From contig OZ242005.1 of the NCBI GenBank assembly GCA_965204725.1, positions 5,088,001 to 5,152,000 of the forward strand: a stretch of 64,000 nucleotides of DNA. The letters are read 5' to 3'. How positions within the stretch are numbered: the first letter of the stretch is position 1; every line of letters begins with the position of its first letter. Position numbers and translations under genes: made by a program. The stretch comes from Candidatus Latescibacterota bacterium (GTDB lineage: Bacteria; Latescibacterota; UBA2968; UBA8231). The notes beneath the pieces are model-generated. The model saw only the letters and a program-made list of their open reading frames with translations, made no database searches and was not told the origin of the DNA. Shown here piece after piece: positions 60,913 through 64,000 of the stretch.

Positions 60913-61478
60913 TGCTCTGGTGCTCCTCTGGTGGGTTCGATGGCGGCGATGTGGTGCAGGGCGCGGTAGTGCTGGTCGCAATCCATGCCGTAGCCGACGA
61001 CGAACGCGTCTTCAATTTCAAAACCACAGTAATCTATGGGCACTGGAAACTCTCTGCGAGCGCGCTTGTTGAGCAGCGTACATGCTCTGAGCGAACGGGG
61101 TTGCCGCGGCGCGATCATGGCCATCACAAAATCTAGGGATCGTCCCGTATCGACGATGCCATCGACGACAAGCACATCCCGGCCGGCCACGGCCACGACG
61201 AGGTCTTTGGCCTGCTCAACCTGCCCGGTGTTCTCTGTGCCTTGATAGCTCGAAACATCGACGAAGTCGTAGTCCAACCGCGCCAACAGTTCCTCGGGCA
61301 GGCGGTTTAGCAGGGCCATCATAAACTGCACTGCTCCGTTGAGGAGGCCGATAAATAAGGGGGCCGCCCCAGCGTAGTCGAGGGCTAGTAGCTCGGCCAA
61401 CTCGTCAATGCGCCGCTCTACTTGCTGGCGCTCGATCAGCACCTTTAAGACCGGGGTTTCCAGCGGACTGCAAGGCAT
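60891..61478 (-). CDS. hpt: Hypoxanthine phosphoribosyltransferase
   Basis: VSSY, VLVVDGIVDTGRSL (PRPP loop) and FVVGYGMD..Q.YR.L motifs. Confidence 0.9.
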   Translation of the reverse strand: MPCSPLETPVLKVLIERQQVERRIDELAELLALDYAGAAPLFIGLLNGAVQFMMALLNRLPEELLARLDYDFVDVSSYQGTENTGQVEQAKDLVVAVAGRDVLVVDGIVDTGRSLDFVMAMIAPRQPRSLRACTLLNKRARREFPVPIDYCGFEIEDAFVVGYGMDCDQHYRALHHIAAIEPTRGAPEQWPPRKS

Positions 61479-61550
61479 ACCTCTGATTATACGGCTTGGG
61501 CTATTCTTTGCAAAACGCGGCCGGGCCTTCAGAGCCAGCGGAAAGTAATC

Positions 61551-61814
61551 TCAGGCGGCTTGACGGGTGTTGTGTGGCATTTCCCGGCCCCGATTCAGGA
61601 GGGCCTCGGCGGGGATGCTGGGGTGCTCGGGCACCTTCAGAGCGGTAGCCGCAACCAAGGCACTCAGCTCGTCGGCACTCGACAGGTCGAGATCACCGCG
61701 CTGGTAGGCGGCGTCGATGTGCCCGCACAACAACTCTAAGTCGGCCCAAGAGCGGGCTTGCCCAATGCGCGCCTGCAAGGGGATGGCCGTGGGGCTTAGT
61801 CTGGCAGTCTGCAT
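61551..61814 (-). CDS. Small hypothetical protein downstream of recA
   Basis: 87-aa ORF with a strong RBS AAGGAGGT. Confidence 0.6.
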   Translation of the reverse strand: MQTARLSPTAIPLQARIGQARSWADLELLCGHIDAAYQRGDLDLSSADELSALVAATALKVPEHPSIPAEALLNRGREMPHNTRQAA

Positions 61815-61926
61815 GATTTTACCTCCTTGGGGGAGTTAAGGAGAACGCGCGGGTGCGAGGTGCTGGGGCCACTTTGGCGTGGGGTTTCCAGCAGCCTTGG
61901 CACCTCGACCCGCGAGTGCATAGAGG

Positions 61927-63042
<1,116 letters not shown>

Positions 63043-63086
63043 GATTTCCTCCTCGCGTGTCCTATGAGATATGTAGCACACCGCCA

Positions 63087-63126
63087 ACCTGAACAAAAAG
63101 ATAGTGAAGTAATGTTCAGGTGTCAA
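63087..63126 (-). promoter_or_regulatory. recA promoter with an overlapping inverted-repeat operator candidate
   Basis: Minus strand TTGACA, 17 bp, TATCTT. Perfect inverted repeat ACCTGAACA (63087-63095) / TGTTCAGGT (63113-63121). Confidence 0.65.
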
Positions 63127-63138
63127 GATTTTTTTAAT

Positions 63139-63178
63139 TGAAGCGGATTAAGCTACTCTGAAGCGGATTAAGCTACTC
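63139..63178. repeat. Perfect 20-bp tandem duplication
   Basis: TGAAGCGGATTAAGCTACTC occurs twice. Confidence 0.95.
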
Positions 63179-63319
63179 TACCCGTTTATAACAAATATCG
63201 TGCCAAACGGCAAGAATACGCGCAACTTATTGTTTTATGTTAGGTTATAAAGAATGAAGGGGATGCTGCGAAAAGCAAAATGTGGGAACTGGGAGAAACA
63301 GGACTGTAAAAAAAAGGGA

Positions 63320-64000
63320 CTAGCTCGCGCCCAGTGCGAGTGCTTCAACCGCCTCCATCCCCCCTATCCCGACCACCTCCATCTCGGCCGGCCGCTTCCA
63401 CCCCTGTAGGTTGCTCCGCGCAACTAAACACCGCTCAAACCCCAAACTCCGCGCCTCAACCACCCGCCGGTCAATCTGGTTCACCGGCCGGATCTCCCCC
63501 CCCAACCCGATCTCGCCAATGGTCACGGTCTGTGCGTCAATGGGCTTGTTGCGGAAGCTCGAGACAATCGCCAGCCCCACCCCCATGTCCACGGCCGGCT
63601 CGTCGAGGCGAATACCCCCTACGACATTGACGAAGATGTCCTCGCCCGACAGGTCGTGGCCGCAGCGCTTTTCGAGCACCGCGATGATAATCGAGAGCCG
63701 CTTGGCGTCAATGCCGGTGGCCACCCGCTGCGGATAACCAAAACTAGAGCGCGAGACGAGGGCCTGAATTTCGATCAAGAGCGGCCGAGTGCCCTCCATG
63801 CTACAGACGATGGCCGAACCCGACACGCCCTCAGCGCGCTCGGCCAGCAGAATTTTGGAGGGGTTGGCGACCTCTATTAGCCCTTGGTCTCGCATCTCAA
63901 AAATCCCGATCTCGTTGGTTGAACCAAAGCGATTTTTGGCGGCGCGCAGGATGCGGAAGTGGTGGTGTCGCTCGCCCTCTAAATAGAGCACGGTATCGAC
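63320..64000 (-). CDS. radA: DNA repair protein RadA/Sms, 3' part (truncated by window edge)
   Basis: KNRFG.TNE.G.FEM, EGTRPLL.EIQAL and GEIGLGGEIRPV motifs. Confidence 0.95.
   Translation of the reverse strand, partial: VDTVLYLEGERHHHFRILRAAKNRFGSTNEIGIFEMRDQGLIEVANPSKILLAERAEGVSGSAIVCSMEGTRPLLIEIQALVSRSSFGYPQRVATGIDAKRLSIIIAVLEKRCGHDLSGEDIFVNVVGGIRLDEPAVDMGVGLAIVSSFRNKPIDAQTVTIGEIGLGGEIRPVNQIDRRVVEARSLGFERCLVARSNLQGWKRPAEMEVVGIGGMEAVEALALGAS

Noticed and set aside
63139-63178. Possible CRISPR repeat
   Set aside because: Two adjacent copies with no spacer and no cas genes. No CRISPR array was seen anywhere in the window.

Overview
GC-rich bacterial chromosomal window. The gene content (three PhyH dioxygenases, paralogous secreted FlgD-Ig-tail proteins, DUF2723, a tandem-doubled UvrA) suggests a Latescibacterota/Handelsmanbacteria-like organism, but that is inference only. 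A housekeeping and catabolic backbone (selB, Sua5/YciO-like, thpR, uvrA, namZ, dacA-like, tRNA-Val(GAC), hpt, recA, radA) is interrupted by several visibly AT-richer accessory blocks, and no integrase or transposase is visible. The blocks are: (i) a NurA-like/HerA/DNA-methyltransferase/Mrr operon at the left edge; (ii) an FRG-TPR gene, a restriction-enzyme stub and a DUF1998 helicase; (iii) a 27-39 kb defence cluster with a PARIS-like pair, a ~280-bp scar of a deleted Type III-like R-M operon, an uncharacterised two-gene module whose second gene has ADP-ribosyltransferase-like motif spacing, a BrnT/BrnA-stub-fused ABC-ATPase/DUF3226 unit and a Type IIG R-M gene; (iv) a HigBA-like TA pair and an orphan ABC-ATPase inserted between two 120-bp copies of the uvrA promoter and 5' end. 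Several genes are eroded by deletions that keep both ends, and recA carries substitutions at normally conserved residues. The best candidates for undescribed systems are the 31.3-32.2 kb pair, the NurA-HerA-MTase-Mrr operon, the BrnA-ATPase fusion unit and the promoter-duplicating capture at uvrA. All family calls come from motif recognition by eye; no database searches were run.
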